From: Acidobacteriota bacterium
Lineage (GTDB): Bacteria; Acidobacteriota; UBA890; WLXD01
DNA: 64,000 nucleotides
Direction of reading: 5' to 3'
NCBI GenBank assembly: GCA_963666055.2
Contig: CAXWPH010000015.1
Span: 1,760,001-1,824,000 of the forward strand
In this document: in pieces, positions 18,183 through 27,867 of the stretch
Numbering within the stretch: position 1 is the stretch's first letter
Layout of the letters: every line of letters starts with the position of its first letter
The notes under the pieces: generated by a model
Database searches by the model: none
Told to the model about the DNA's origin: nothing
The model's input: only the letters and a program-made list of their open reading frames with translations
Position numbers and translations under genes: made by a program

Positions 18183-19907
18183 TTAGTCCCGTCGGGCGAC
18201 CACGCCACGCTCCTGATCGACGACGATCTGACCGGGCGCCACATCGGTGAGCACCGTCTCCTCCCCGACGCCCCAAATTACCCGGAGCTCGTCGGCGCGG
18301 CCTGACGGCAGGTAGATGAGTAGCCGCGCGTCGTTGCTGCCGAGATAGCCATCGCCGCTGCTCATCTGCAGCACCTGCACATCATCGCCCGAGCGCACCA
18401 CGAGGCGCGATCCGTAGCCCATCCGGTTGGCCTCGCGACCCACCAGCCGCACCTGCAGCGCGGCAAGCCGTGGCTCGGTGTCGTTACGCAGCAGGTCCGG
18501 AGCACCGTTGATGTTGGTCACCAGCACATCGGCATCGGCGTCGTTGTCGTAGTCGCCGATGAGGGCGGCGCGCGACGTCGCCTCGATCGCCATCCCGGGT
18601 CCCGCCTGCTGCCCTATCTCCTCGAACTGCGCCTCACCGGTTTCGCGCCGTCGATTCAACAAGAGCAGGTTGCGTTGTGCGTAGGGCTCAAACTCGTCGA
18701 GCTGCGGATAGATGTGGCCGTTGGCAACGAACACGTCGACGTCGGCGTCGCCGTCCGGGTCGAAGAACTGCACCGCCCAACCCATGTATGGAAGGCTGCT
18801 GGCAGCCAACCCGAGCAGTTGGCTGACTTCTTCGAAGGAGCAGTCGCCGAGGTTGCGGTAGAGGGCGTTGTTGTCGTTCTGAAAGTTGCTGACCAGCAGG
18901 TCGAACTGCCCGTCGGCATCGAAGTCTGCCGACGTGGCGCCCATCCCCGCCTGCTCCAGGCCCTCGCTGCTATAGCCGGCGCCCGAGAACAAGCCCCATT
19001 CTTCGAGTACGCCGGTGGCGTCGCGGCGATACAGCAGGTTGATGGTCGAGTCGTTGGCGACGTAGATCTCGGGCCGCGCGTCACCGTCGCAATCGGTGGC
19101 CACCAGCGCCAGCCCGTAGGTTGATTCGCGATCGACTCGTTGACTCGGCCACGGCTCGAACGTGCCGTCCGCCCGGTTTCTGAAGAACACATCGCGCGCG
19201 CCATCGAGCCCCTCCGGCCCGCAGAAGACATCGACGCCCTGATACATACAGTAGCGGTCGCCCACCGTGTGAGTGTTGGCACCGTCGAAATCGACGTACT
19301 TGGCAACATAGACATCGACCCAGCCATCGCCGTCCCAATCGAGAAAGGTGGCGCTTGCGCCCCAGCCCTTGTCCTGCACTCCGGCCGGCCACGCGCTGAA
19401 CGTGCCGTCGCCGTTGTTGCGGTACAAGCGATCGGGACCGATGGCCGTAACCAGCAGGTCGGGGAAGCCATCGTTGTCGACGTCGGCGACCGCTGCACCA
19501 TTGCCCCAAACGTGATCGCCGGCACCGCCTCCACCGGGCACGCGATCATAGCCGCCTTGCCTGCGTCGGTAGAGAGCGTGCCCACCACTGGAATACCGAC
19601 CCGCGAGACCCGCGATCGATGCAGCAACCGGGTCGGCGCCGGAGCCCTCGAGGCCGTTCACCAGGAACAGGTCGAGGCCACCATCGCGATCGTAGTCGAG
19701 CCACGCCCCGCCCGAACCGCCGAACTCCGATATGTACGCCTTCTCGGCTCCACCGTAGTCGTGCGTAAACGTGATCCCGGCATTGTCCGGCACACGCACG
19801 AAGCGTACTTCTTGTCCCTGGGCGGCGGTCGAGCTGGGCGGCGACGCGAGCAGCAACAGTGCTCCGAGCATTGCGCACCGGGCACGAGAAACCCTGCCGA
19901 GACGCAT
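18183..19907 (-). CDS. CRTAC1/ASPIC-UnbV family FG-GAP repeat protein, exported
   Basis: Repeated DxDxDGxxD motifs, MGATSADFDADG, VANGHIYP and a C-terminal GYLGSND (UnbV-like). Start 19907 or 19952. Confidence 0.88.
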   Translation of the reverse strand: MRLGRVSRARCAMLGALLLLASPPSSTAAQGQEVRFVRVPDNAGITFTHDYGGAEKAYISEFGGSGGAWLDYDRDGGLDLFLVNGLEGSGADPVAASIAGLAGRYSSGGHALYRRRQGGYDRVPGGGGAGDHVWGNGAAVADVDNDGFPDLLVTAIGPDRLYRNNGDGTFSAWPAGVQDKGWGASATFLDWDGDGWVDVYVAKYVDFDGANTHTVGDRYCMYQGVDVFCGPEGLDGARDVFFRNRADGTFEPWPSQRVDRESTYGLALVATDCDGDARPEIYVANDSTINLLYRRDATGVLEEWGLFSGAGYSSEGLEQAGMGATSADFDADGQFDLLVSNFQNDNNALYRNLGDCSFEEVSQLLGLAASSLPYMGWAVQFFDPDGDADVDVFVANGHIYPQLDEFEPYAQRNLLLLNRRRETGEAQFEEIGQQAGPGMAIEATSRAALIGDYDNDADADVLVTNINGAPDLLRNDTEPRLAALQVRLVGREANRMGYGSRLVVRSGDDVQVLQMSSGDGYLGSNDARLLIYLPSGRADELRVIWGVGEETVLTDVAPGQIVVDQERGVVARRD

Positions 19908-19932
19908 GCGGATCGACCTTCGGCGAGCGCCG

Positions 19933-21513
19933 TCAGTCTGGCGTCGAATCATCGCCGAGACGCTGGCCGTCCTCGTCGTATTCCACCACTGGCAGAGGCG
20001 GCGTGGCGAGCGCCTCGCCGTAGTCCTCGAGCAGGTCCTTCACGAAGGCCCACGCGAGCACATATAACGCGAGCAGCACCGGCAGCGCCATCACGATGGA
20101 GGAGGCCTGGAGTACCTCGAGGCCGCCGATGCTAAGCATCATCATGGCGGTCAAACCGAGGACGGCCGCCCACAGCACGCGATTCCAGCGCGCCGGCTCC
20201 TCATCGGCGTGAAGCTCACGCGTCGAAACCGCGGCGAGAATGTACGCCGAGGAGTCGATGGTGGTCGCCATGAAGATGAACAGCACCACCACGATGGTCG
20301 GCAACACCACGCCGCTCATCGGCAGCGACGCCAGGATCGCCGCGCCCGTTTCCGCCGGGCCCACCTCGGTGAGCAGCCGGCTGACGTCGAGAGCGCCGGT
20401 GACCTGCAGGTGGAGCGAGTAGCCGCCGAAGACGGCAAAGTAGGCCCAGCAGCCGACCGAGCCCCAGAAACACATTGCAAAAACGACCTCGCGGAAGGTG
20501 CGGCCTCGGGAGATGCGGGCAACGAACAGCCCCATCATCGGCGCGTACGCCACCCACCAGGCCCAATAAAACACCGTCCAGGTCTGTGGAAACCCTTCCT
20601 GGGCGATGGGGTCGGTCCATAGGCTCATACGAAAAAAGTTGTCCAGCATCAGGCTCATGCTGTTGCTGAACATGTTGAGGATGAACACCGTGGGGCCAAC
20701 CACCAGCACGAAGGCGACCAGGAGGAGCGCCAGGTAGGTGTTGATGTTGCTGAGCCGCGCGATTCCACGCTCGAGACCGAGATAGACGCTGGTGCCGAAT
20801 ATGAGCGTCCAGATGAACAAGATCACCAGGTTCAGTCCGAGGCCTTGCGATATGCCGAGGATCTCGGCCGAGATCGCCGCGATCAGAGGCGTACCCAGAC
20901 CCAGTGACGTACCCACGCCGCCGATAATTCCGAACATCACGGCGACGTCCATGGCGATCCCTAGCGGGCCGGTGGTGTGCCGCCCGAGCACGCTCTTCGA
21001 GGCCATGCTGAAGGTCAGCCGGGGCTGGCGCCGCACGTAGTACGAGTAACCGATGATGATCGCCGGGACGGCCCAGAAGGCCCAGGCGCTGAGCCCCCAG
21101 TGAAAGTTGCCGTACATGGCGGCCCACTCGTAGGAAAGGGCGGAGCCGCTCTCGAGCGCGAAGGGAGGCGTCTGCAGATAGTAAATGGGCTCGAGCAGGG
21201 CCCAGTAGGTGAGGCTGGAACCGATACCGCCACAGAAGAGCATCGCGATCCAGGTGAAGGTGGAGAACTCGGGCTCGTCATCAGGTCGGCCGAGCTTGAC
21301 GCCGGCGAAACGGCCGAACGTCAGCCAGGCGAGCAATCCGAAGCACGCGATGCCGGAGAACAGGTAGAGCCAGCCGAAGTTGTAGCTCACCCAGTTTCGC
21401 GCCTGGTTGACCACCACCCCGCCGGCCTCGGGCCAAATCATGGCGGTAGTGCACATCGTCAGGATGACGATCAACGCCGGCCAGAAGACACGAGGTTCGA
21501 TCTGTCTATCCAT
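19933..21513 (-). CDS. BCCT family (betaine/carnitine/choline) transporter
   Basis: PEFSTFTWIAMLF, FHWGLSAW, WTVFYWAWWVAYAP, FVARISRGRT and ATTIDS. Start 21513 or 21549. Confidence 0.92.
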   Translation of the reverse strand: MDRQIEPRVFWPALIVILTMCTTAMIWPEAGGVVVNQARNWVSYNFGWLYLFSGIACFGLLAWLTFGRFAGVKLGRPDDEPEFSTFTWIAMLFCGGIGSSLTYWALLEPIYYLQTPPFALESGSALSYEWAAMYGNFHWGLSAWAFWAVPAIIIGYSYYVRRQPRLTFSMASKSVLGRHTTGPLGIAMDVAVMFGIIGGVGTSLGLGTPLIAAISAEILGISQGLGLNLVILFIWTLIFGTSVYLGLERGIARLSNINTYLALLLVAFVLVVGPTVFILNMFSNSMSLMLDNFFRMSLWTDPIAQEGFPQTWTVFYWAWWVAYAPMMGLFVARISRGRTFREVVFAMCFWGSVGCWAYFAVFGGYSLHLQVTGALDVSRLLTEVGPAETGAAILASLPMSGVVLPTIVVVLFIFMATTIDSSAYILAAVSTRELHADEEPARWNRVLWAAVLGLTAMMMLSIGGLEVLQASSIVMALPVLLALYVLAWAFVKDLLEDYGEALATPPLPVVEYDEDGQRLGDDSTPD

Positions 21514-21707
21514 ACAGGCCTCGATCTCCTTCGTGTCGTTCTGTTGCATGCGCGTGCTGCTCCGCGTGGTATCACATCCGGCGGCCGCTGACCTTGTCTG
21601 GCCGGCCACGCGCTGTGGAACCGGCGGATTCATTTCGTCCGTCAGACCCACACTGTAACTTACCAACTAGCCGCGTCGTCGAGCCTCAGCGCCCCCGGAC
21701 CCTGGTC

Positions 21708-24311
21708 GTGCAGAAGCCCAAGTCAGTTCTCTTCCTGTGCATCGCGCTCGTCGTGGCTGCCGGCCCGCCGTCGGAATCCATCAGCCAGTCCAGCGCTGGC
21801 TCGGCGGGACGCAACCGTCAGAGCCGAGCCACCCGGCAGCCACAGCAGGCGGAGCGGCGGCGCCCGATTCCCGTACGCATGGTCATTCCGGGCCCGCGCG
21901 TCACCCTGCCGAGGGTGCCGCTGGCCGGGAGCGGAAGCGCACCACCTGCGCCGCTCATGGTGCCGACCCGGTCACCGAGAAGACAGATTCCGGTGCGGAT
22001 GGTCACGCCGGGCGAGCTGCACGCGCCCGTTCGTGGCACCGACGCTCCGGTCATCGGCCCGGCCGGCATGCGGCCGGCGCCCGCCGGTGCCATTGTACCG
22101 ACACCGCCGTTGGATGCGACCGACGATGCCGTCGCTCCAACACCCACCGCTCTGGAGATGGCGCTCGGTGCCACCCGACCCCGACCGCGGTCTACGCGGG
22201 CACCCGGTGAGGCACCAGACATGGCGGTGACGCGTACCAACCAGGCTCCGGTGATGGACGGGATCGTCGACGACGCTAGCTGGGCCCTTGCCGATGTCGC
22301 CAGCGACTTCCTTCAGCGCGAGCCACAAGAAGGGCAGCCAGCCTCGGAACGCACGGAGGTCCGTGTTTTATACGACGACGAGAACCTCTATGTCGGCGTG
22401 ATTGCGTACGACAGCAACCCGAGCGCCGTGCTCGCCACCGAGATGCGACGCGACGCGCTGGGCTCACGATTCGGCGGATCCGACGACACCTTCAGCATCT
22501 TGCTGGATACCTTCCACGATGGTCGCAGCGCCTTCCTGTTCACCGTGAACGCACTCGGCACCCGCTACGACGCCACCATTCGCAACGAGCGCGAGATCAA
22601 CTCCGACTGGGATGAGGCCTGGGAGGCGGCGGCGCAGGTCACCTCGCGTGGCTGGGAGGCCGAGATGGTCATCCCGCTGGGGATCCTGCGCTTCTCGTCC
22701 GGTATGGCCGACTGGGGCGTCGATTTCGAGCGTCAGATCCGCCACAAGAACGAGCAGGTGGCCTGGAGCAACTACCGGCGCGACTTCCGCTTCATCGCCG
22801 TATCGCAAGCCGGCGACCTGCGCGGCTTCGAGAACCTGTCGGTGACCCAGCGCTTCCGGCTCAGGCCCTACTTTCTGGGCAGCGCTATCTCGCTATTCGA
22901 CGACCCCGGCCGCACCAACGACGTCACCGACGAGTTCGGCATCGACGACTTCAAGATCCAGATCACCTCGAACCTGACCGCCGACCTCACCTACAACACC
23001 GATTTCGCGCAGGTCGAGGTCGATCAGCAACGCGTCAACCTGACGCGCTTCTCGCTCTTTTTCCCCGAAAAGCGCGACTTCTTCCTCGAGGGGGCCAATA
23101 ACTTCAGCTTCGGCCAGCAACGCGGTGGCTTTGGCGGCTTCGGAGCCCCAACGTTGCGTCTCTTCCATTCGCGCAACATCGGCCTGTCGGAAGACGGCGA
23201 GCCAACGCCTATCGACTTCGGCGTCAAGATGACGGGCAAGGTGGGCAGCGGCAACATCGGCTTTCTCAACGTCCAGACGGGCGACTCCGAGTTCGGTGAA
23301 GGGCAAAACTACACGGCGCTGCGCTGGCGTCAGGACGTGCTGGCCCGATCGAGTGTCGGCGCGCTGATAACGAACGTCGAAGGGGCGGACGGAGCAACCA
23401 ACACGGTTATCGGAGCCGACGCCAGCTTCACCTTCTTCGACAATCTCAACATCTCGGCCTTCGCGGCGCGGGCCACCGACGATGACCTCGAGGAAGGCAA
23501 GTTCGCCGGCCAGTTCCGCGTCGGGTGGGACAGCGACCTGTGGAGCGCCAGCGTCGACATCCTGCGCATCGACCCCGACTTCCAGAGCGATCTGGGCTTC
23601 GTCCTGCGGAATGACATCGTGCGCCGCGCCTACCGGACTTCATGGAACCCGCGGCCGGGCATTGCATGGATGCGACGGGTGAGCATCGACGCCAGCCTGT
23701 CGACCTTTCACGATACCGGTGGGACGCTGGTCAGCCGCCGGGGAGAGGTCTTTGCGTTCCTCGAGCTCGAGTCGGGAGACTCGATTGGCGGCGGCTACGC
23801 CCGGGACTTCGAGCGGCTCGACGTCCCCTTCGAGATCCACCCCGACGTGACGATCCCGCCCGGCGAGTACAGCTTCGGCAGCTTGGATGTGTTCCTGTTC
23901 ACTTTCGGTGGCCGCAGGGTCAGCGGCAGCCTCAGCACCAACATCGGAGAGTTCTTCGATGGAACGATACTGACGCTGTCGCCACGACTGACGTTTCGGC
24001 TCAGCGAGAGGCTCCGCGTAGCTCCAACCTTCAGCTACAACAAGATCGATCTTCCGGGGGGGAGCTTCACAAGCAACGTGCTCAACGTGCGCGCCAACTA
24101 CAGCTTCTCGGACCGCTGGCTCACCGATGCGCTGGTTCAACACAGCAACGTGTCGAACGACATCGCGATCTTCGCGCGCCTGCGCTACATCTACCGCATC
24201 GGTGACGACATCTATCTCGTCTACCGTCAGGCGGGCGAATACGATGGTCTTCGCTTCGGTCGGCACAACCGCTCGCTGACGTTGAAGGTCACGCGCTCGT
24301 TGAACTGGTAG
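21708..24311 (+). CDS. CBM9-like/DUF5916 outer-membrane protein with a Pro-rich N-terminal extension
   Basis: ERTEVRVLYDDENLYVG, LDTFHD, NTDFAQVEVD and RFSLFFPEKRDFFLEG, with a beta-strand-rich C-terminus. Start uncertain. Confidence 0.85.
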   Translation: MQKPKSVLFLCIALVVAAGPPSESISQSSAGSAGRNRQSRATRQPQQAERRRPIPVRMVIPGPRVTLPRVPLAGSGSAPPAPLMVPTRSPRRQIPVRMVTPGELHAPVRGTDAPVIGPAGMRPAPAGAIVPTPPLDATDDAVAPTPTALEMALGATRPRPRSTRAPGEAPDMAVTRTNQAPVMDGIVDDASWALADVASDFLQREPQEGQPASERTEVRVLYDDENLYVGVIAYDSNPSAVLATEMRRDALGSRFGGSDDTFSILLDTFHDGRSAFLFTVNALGTRYDATIRNEREINSDWDEAWEAAAQVTSRGWEAEMVIPLGILRFSSGMADWGVDFERQIRHKNEQVAWSNYRRDFRFIAVSQAGDLRGFENLSVTQRFRLRPYFLGSAISLFDDPGRTNDVTDEFGIDDFKIQITSNLTADLTYNTDFAQVEVDQQRVNLTRFSLFFPEKRDFFLEGANNFSFGQQRGGFGGFGAPTLRLFHSRNIGLSEDGEPTPIDFGVKMTGKVGSGNIGFLNVQTGDSEFGEGQNYTALRWRQDVLARSSVGALITNVEGADGATNTVIGADASFTFFDNLNISAFAARATDDDLEEGKFAGQFRVGWDSDLWSASVDILRIDPDFQSDLGFVLRNDIVRRAYRTSWNPRPGIAWMRRVSIDASLSTFHDTGGTLVSRRGEVFAFLELESGDSIGGGYARDFERLDVPFEIHPDVTIPPGEYSFGSLDVFLFTFGGRRVSGSLSTNIGEFFDGTILTLSPRLTFRLSERLRVAPTFSYNKIDLPGGSFTSNVLNVRANYSFSDRWLTDALVQHSNVSNDIAIFARLRYIYRIGDDIYLVYRQAGEYDGLRFGRHNRSLTLKVTRSLNW

Positions 24312-24368
24312 GCCCTGTCCAGCGACCCGGCCTCGCTCAGTGGAGCGCACGCTGGGCACAGCGCAGGC

Positions 24369-26102
24369 TCAGAAGCCCCCGGCGCGGAAGACTTTCTCGC
24401 CGTCAAGCAGCGTGAGCAACACCCGCACATCCTCGATCTGCGTCTTCGGGATGTCGAACAGATTGCGATCGAGCACCACCAGGTCCGCCTGCTTGCCGAC
24501 CATGATCGAGCCGGTGATGTCGGCCTGGTGCAGCAGGAACGCGGCATCCAGCGTCAGCATGCGGATGGCGACGGCGAGTTTGCCGACCGGTTCGGTGAAA
24601 CGCGTCAGGGCGCGCTGGATGGTGCCCAGCGGCGACAGCGGGCCGGCGTCCCAATCGCTGCTCAGCACGGTCTTCGCTCCGGCGTCCAGCAGCGATTGCA
24701 CCGGCAGCAGCCCGGCGGCCGCGTCATCGCCGACCAAGCGACTCAGATAGCGCGCGTAAGCACGGTTGACCGCGTCGGGGGGCATCTGCAGGTCGGCGAT
24801 CACACCGAGCTCGAGGAACCGCCCCCGGTCCTCTTCGTCCACCAGATAGAGGTGGGTGACGCGATGCCGCCGATCCGCAGCACCATTGCGCGCCCGCGCC
24901 GCCTCGACAGCGTCAAGCGCCATTCGCACGCCACGATCACCGGTGGCGTGGAAGTGCAGTTGAAATCCGATCTCGTCGAGCACCCGGACATACTCCTGGA
25001 GCACATCCTGCTCGAAATAGACGAACCCCGAAGGCGACGGGCTCGGGGGAGACGCTTTCTCGAGGTAGGGATCCAGCAGCGCCGAGGTTCCGAAATCGAG
25101 AATGCCGTCGATGTAGATCTTTGCCTGGTTGAATCGCAGCAGGCTCCCGGACTCGTTGGCATACAGGCGCCGAAGGTCGGCGATCTGGGCATCCAATGGA
25201 CGGTCCGGAAACACGTACAGCGCGTTGCTGGCGCGGACCGTGAGCTCACCTAGGCGCTGGGCGCGCGCCCACACCTCGTGGTGGCCACGCGTCCAGTAGC
25301 CGCCGGCATCGCTGACCGAGGTGATCCCGTGCATGTTGAGCTCGGCGAGGCTGCCGATCAGCCCCTGATACGTCTCTTCGAGGTTTTGTTCGGTCGGTGG
25401 CCAGGCTGCGTCGCGCAGCTTCTGCTGAGCGTTCTCGAACACGATTCCGGTCAGACGCCCGCTTACTGCGTCGCGATCCAGGATTCCGCCTGGCGGGTCC
25501 GGGCTGCCGCGACGATATCCAGCGGCTTCCATGGCCATTGTGTTGGCCCACGCGCCATGCCCCAGGTCGTCGAGAATCAGCACCGGCCGGTCCGGCACGG
25601 CGCGATCCAGCACATCAATCGGCAGCTCGTCTCCTTGCAGCAGCGCCGCCACAAACACTCCCGCCCCGACTACCCAGTCGCGGCTCCGCTGGCGGTTGGC
25701 GCAGTTGCGAGCCGACTGCTCGTAAGTCGCCAACGGACGTCGCCAGGGAAAGAGACAGAGGCGCTCGTTGACCCCCGCCTCGACCACGTGGACGTGCGGA
25801 TCATGGAAGCCGGGAAGCACCATGCGACCGTCCAGGTCGATCAGCTCGGTCATGCTGCTGCCCAGGCCGAGCACCTCGGTGTCGTCGCCCACGGCAACGA
25901 TCTTGCCTGCCTCGATGGCAATCGCCTCGGCCCAAGGTCGAGCCGGATCGATCGTGTAGATGCGGCCGCCGTGAAGGATCGTCTCGGGCGCACGACGCGC
26001 CGGCGCCGCTTCCCGCCCGCCCGCGGCGCCCAGAACCAAGAGCGCCAATGCGAGAACTAGCGTCCCCGTCAGAGGCGTGCGGTTGGCTCGCTTGGATTCC
26101 AT
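24369..26102 (-). CDS. Amidohydrolase-3 (YtcJ-like), exported
   Basis: PGFHDPHVH, KIYIDG, HFHATGDR, SSDW and GKQADLVVLD. Signal peptide. Confidence 0.9.
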   Translation of the reverse strand: MESKRANRTPLTGTLVLALALLVLGAAGGREAAPARRAPETILHGGRIYTIDPARPWAEAIAIEAGKIVAVGDDTEVLGLGSSMTELIDLDGRMVLPGFHDPHVHVVEAGVNERLCLFPWRRPLATYEQSARNCANRQRSRDWVVGAGVFVAALLQGDELPIDVLDRAVPDRPVLILDDLGHGAWANTMAMEAAGYRRGSPDPPGGILDRDAVSGRLTGIVFENAQQKLRDAAWPPTEQNLEETYQGLIGSLAELNMHGITSVSDAGGYWTRGHHEVWARAQRLGELTVRASNALYVFPDRPLDAQIADLRRLYANESGSLLRFNQAKIYIDGILDFGTSALLDPYLEKASPPSPSPSGFVYFEQDVLQEYVRVLDEIGFQLHFHATGDRGVRMALDAVEAARARNGAADRRHRVTHLYLVDEEDRGRFLELGVIADLQMPPDAVNRAYARYLSRLVGDDAAAGLLPVQSLLDAGAKTVLSSDWDAGPLSPLGTIQRALTRFTEPVGKLAVAIRMLTLDAAFLLHQADITGSIMVGKQADLVVLDRNLFDIPKTQIEDVRVLLTLLDGEKVFRAGGF

Positions 26103-26106
26103 CGGG

Positions 26107-27867
26107 TCACTTTACCTCGACCCGGATGCGCGTCTGCGGCGCCTGATAGACGATCTCTCCGTTGACCAGCGTCAACTCGCAGCGCATCTCCTTGATCTGG
26201 TCGGTCGGCACCGAGTAGAGATCACGATCCCATACGGCGATGTCGGCGTACTTGCCGAGCTCGAGGGTACCGATGCGGTCCTCCATGAACAGCTGCCGGG
26301 CGTTCCAGGCAGTGTAGGAACGCAGCGCGAGCCGAATGTCGACGGACTCTTCGGTACCGAAGGGAGTCGCACCGTGGGTGCCCATGAGCGTCTCTCGAGC
26401 CACCGAGGCCCAGAGGCCGTAGCGCGCCGCAAACGGCGTGACGTCGTAGTCAGAGCCGCTGCCCCAGCGGATACCGCGATCGAGGTAGGTCTTGAGGCCC
26501 AGCAGCCGTTGATTCCGCTGCGGGCCGAAGTTGCCGGCGTAGGTGTCGCCGATCCACCATGTAAAGCCCGGTTGGACTTCCGGGTAGACGGCGTCGTAGT
26601 CGGCCTGCAGGCGGGCGATCTTGTCCAATGCCGCGTCGGTCGGGATGTTGGAGTGGATGATGCTGTGCCGCAGCCCGTATGCCGGATTCTGCTCGAGCGC
26701 ATCGGCAAAGGCATCCACCACTACATCGATGGCGCGATCACCGATGGCGTGCACGCCCAGGTGCAGACCAGCGTCGTGGACGGCGATGATCTGCTCGCGA
26801 AGCACCTCAGGCGTGGCTCGCGGCACACCGTAGTTGCCCTTATCGACCTCGGTGAGGTTCTTGTTCCACTCATCGTGCAGCCACGCGGTGCGTGCGCCGC
26901 CGCTACCGTCGGCGTACAGCTTGATACCTCCCGAGACCAGCATGTCGTCGCCGGTGGTTATCCATGGCTTGGTAAACGGGCCAACCTGTTCGATGAGCCG
27001 ATGCGTATCCTCGACGGTTCGCCCGACGCGCCACAGCACGAATACCCGGGCGGTGAGCTTCCCCGACGCCAGCACCGCCTGGTAAGCGCGCCAGGTGCGG
27101 AAGCCGATCTCCGGGTCCTTGATCGCCGTCATCCCTTCCTTGTGCAGCTCGGGAACGTAACGTTCGATGGCCTCGCGCAGGCGATCATCGTCGCGGCTCG
27201 GAATGTGGCGTCGCACCAGCGACGTCGCGGTGTCCTTGAACACGCCCGTCGGCGTGCCATCGGGCTGGCGGTCAATCACCCCTCCAGGCGGGTCTGGTGT
27301 GTCGCGCGTCACACCGGCCAGATCGAGCGCCAGGGAGTTGCCAACGCTGTAGTGCGCCGTCGTGTGCGTCAGCCAGACCGGGTTGTCGGGCGACACCGCA
27401 TCCAGATCACGGGCATAGATATAGCGCTGTTCCTCGAGCTTTCCCTCGTCCCAGCCACCGCCGGTGATCCATTCGCCGGGCTCGCTCTCGGCGACCGCGG
27501 TGCGAACCACCTCCACGACGTCGGTGATCGACTCGACCTCCGGGTACGACACGTCGAGGGTGAAGAGCGCTCCGACGGCGCCCACCGCGAAGTGGTTGTG
27601 GGTATCGATGAGCCCGGGTGTTGCGGTCAGGCCACCAAGATCAATTCGACGCGTGGCGTCTCCCGCCAGCGCTTCGATCTCGTTCGTCGACCCTAGCGCG
27701 ACGATCTTGCCGTCACGAATCGCCAGCGCCTCGGTGATCGAGTCGTCCGGATCGACGGTAATCACCTTGCCGTTGACGACAATGGTATCGGCCGGCAGCT
27801 GCAACGCCGGGGAGCACCCGGCGCACAGCGTGACGGCGGCGACCAGCGCCCCAGCATGGAGCCTCAC
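26107..27867 (-). CDS. Amidohydrolase-3 (YtcJ-like), lipoprotein
   Basis: PGLIDTHNH, KLYADG, HAIGDRA, GSDY and GKYADIAVWD. CAGC lipobox-like motif. Confidence 0.9.
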   Translation of the reverse strand: MRLHAGALVAAVTLCAGCSPALQLPADTIVVNGKVITVDPDDSITEALAIRDGKIVALGSTNEIEALAGDATRRIDLGGLTATPGLIDTHNHFAVGAVGALFTLDVSYPEVESITDVVEVVRTAVAESEPGEWITGGGWDEGKLEEQRYIYARDLDAVSPDNPVWLTHTTAHYSVGNSLALDLAGVTRDTPDPPGGVIDRQPDGTPTGVFKDTATSLVRRHIPSRDDDRLREAIERYVPELHKEGMTAIKDPEIGFRTWRAYQAVLASGKLTARVFVLWRVGRTVEDTHRLIEQVGPFTKPWITTGDDMLVSGGIKLYADGSGGARTAWLHDEWNKNLTEVDKGNYGVPRATPEVLREQIIAVHDAGLHLGVHAIGDRAIDVVVDAFADALEQNPAYGLRHSIIHSNIPTDAALDKIARLQADYDAVYPEVQPGFTWWIGDTYAGNFGPQRNQRLLGLKTYLDRGIRWGSGSDYDVTPFAARYGLWASVARETLMGTHGATPFGTEESVDIRLALRSYTAWNARQLFMEDRIGTLELGKYADIAVWDRDLYSVPTDQIKEMRCELTLVNGEIVYQAPQTRIRVEVK

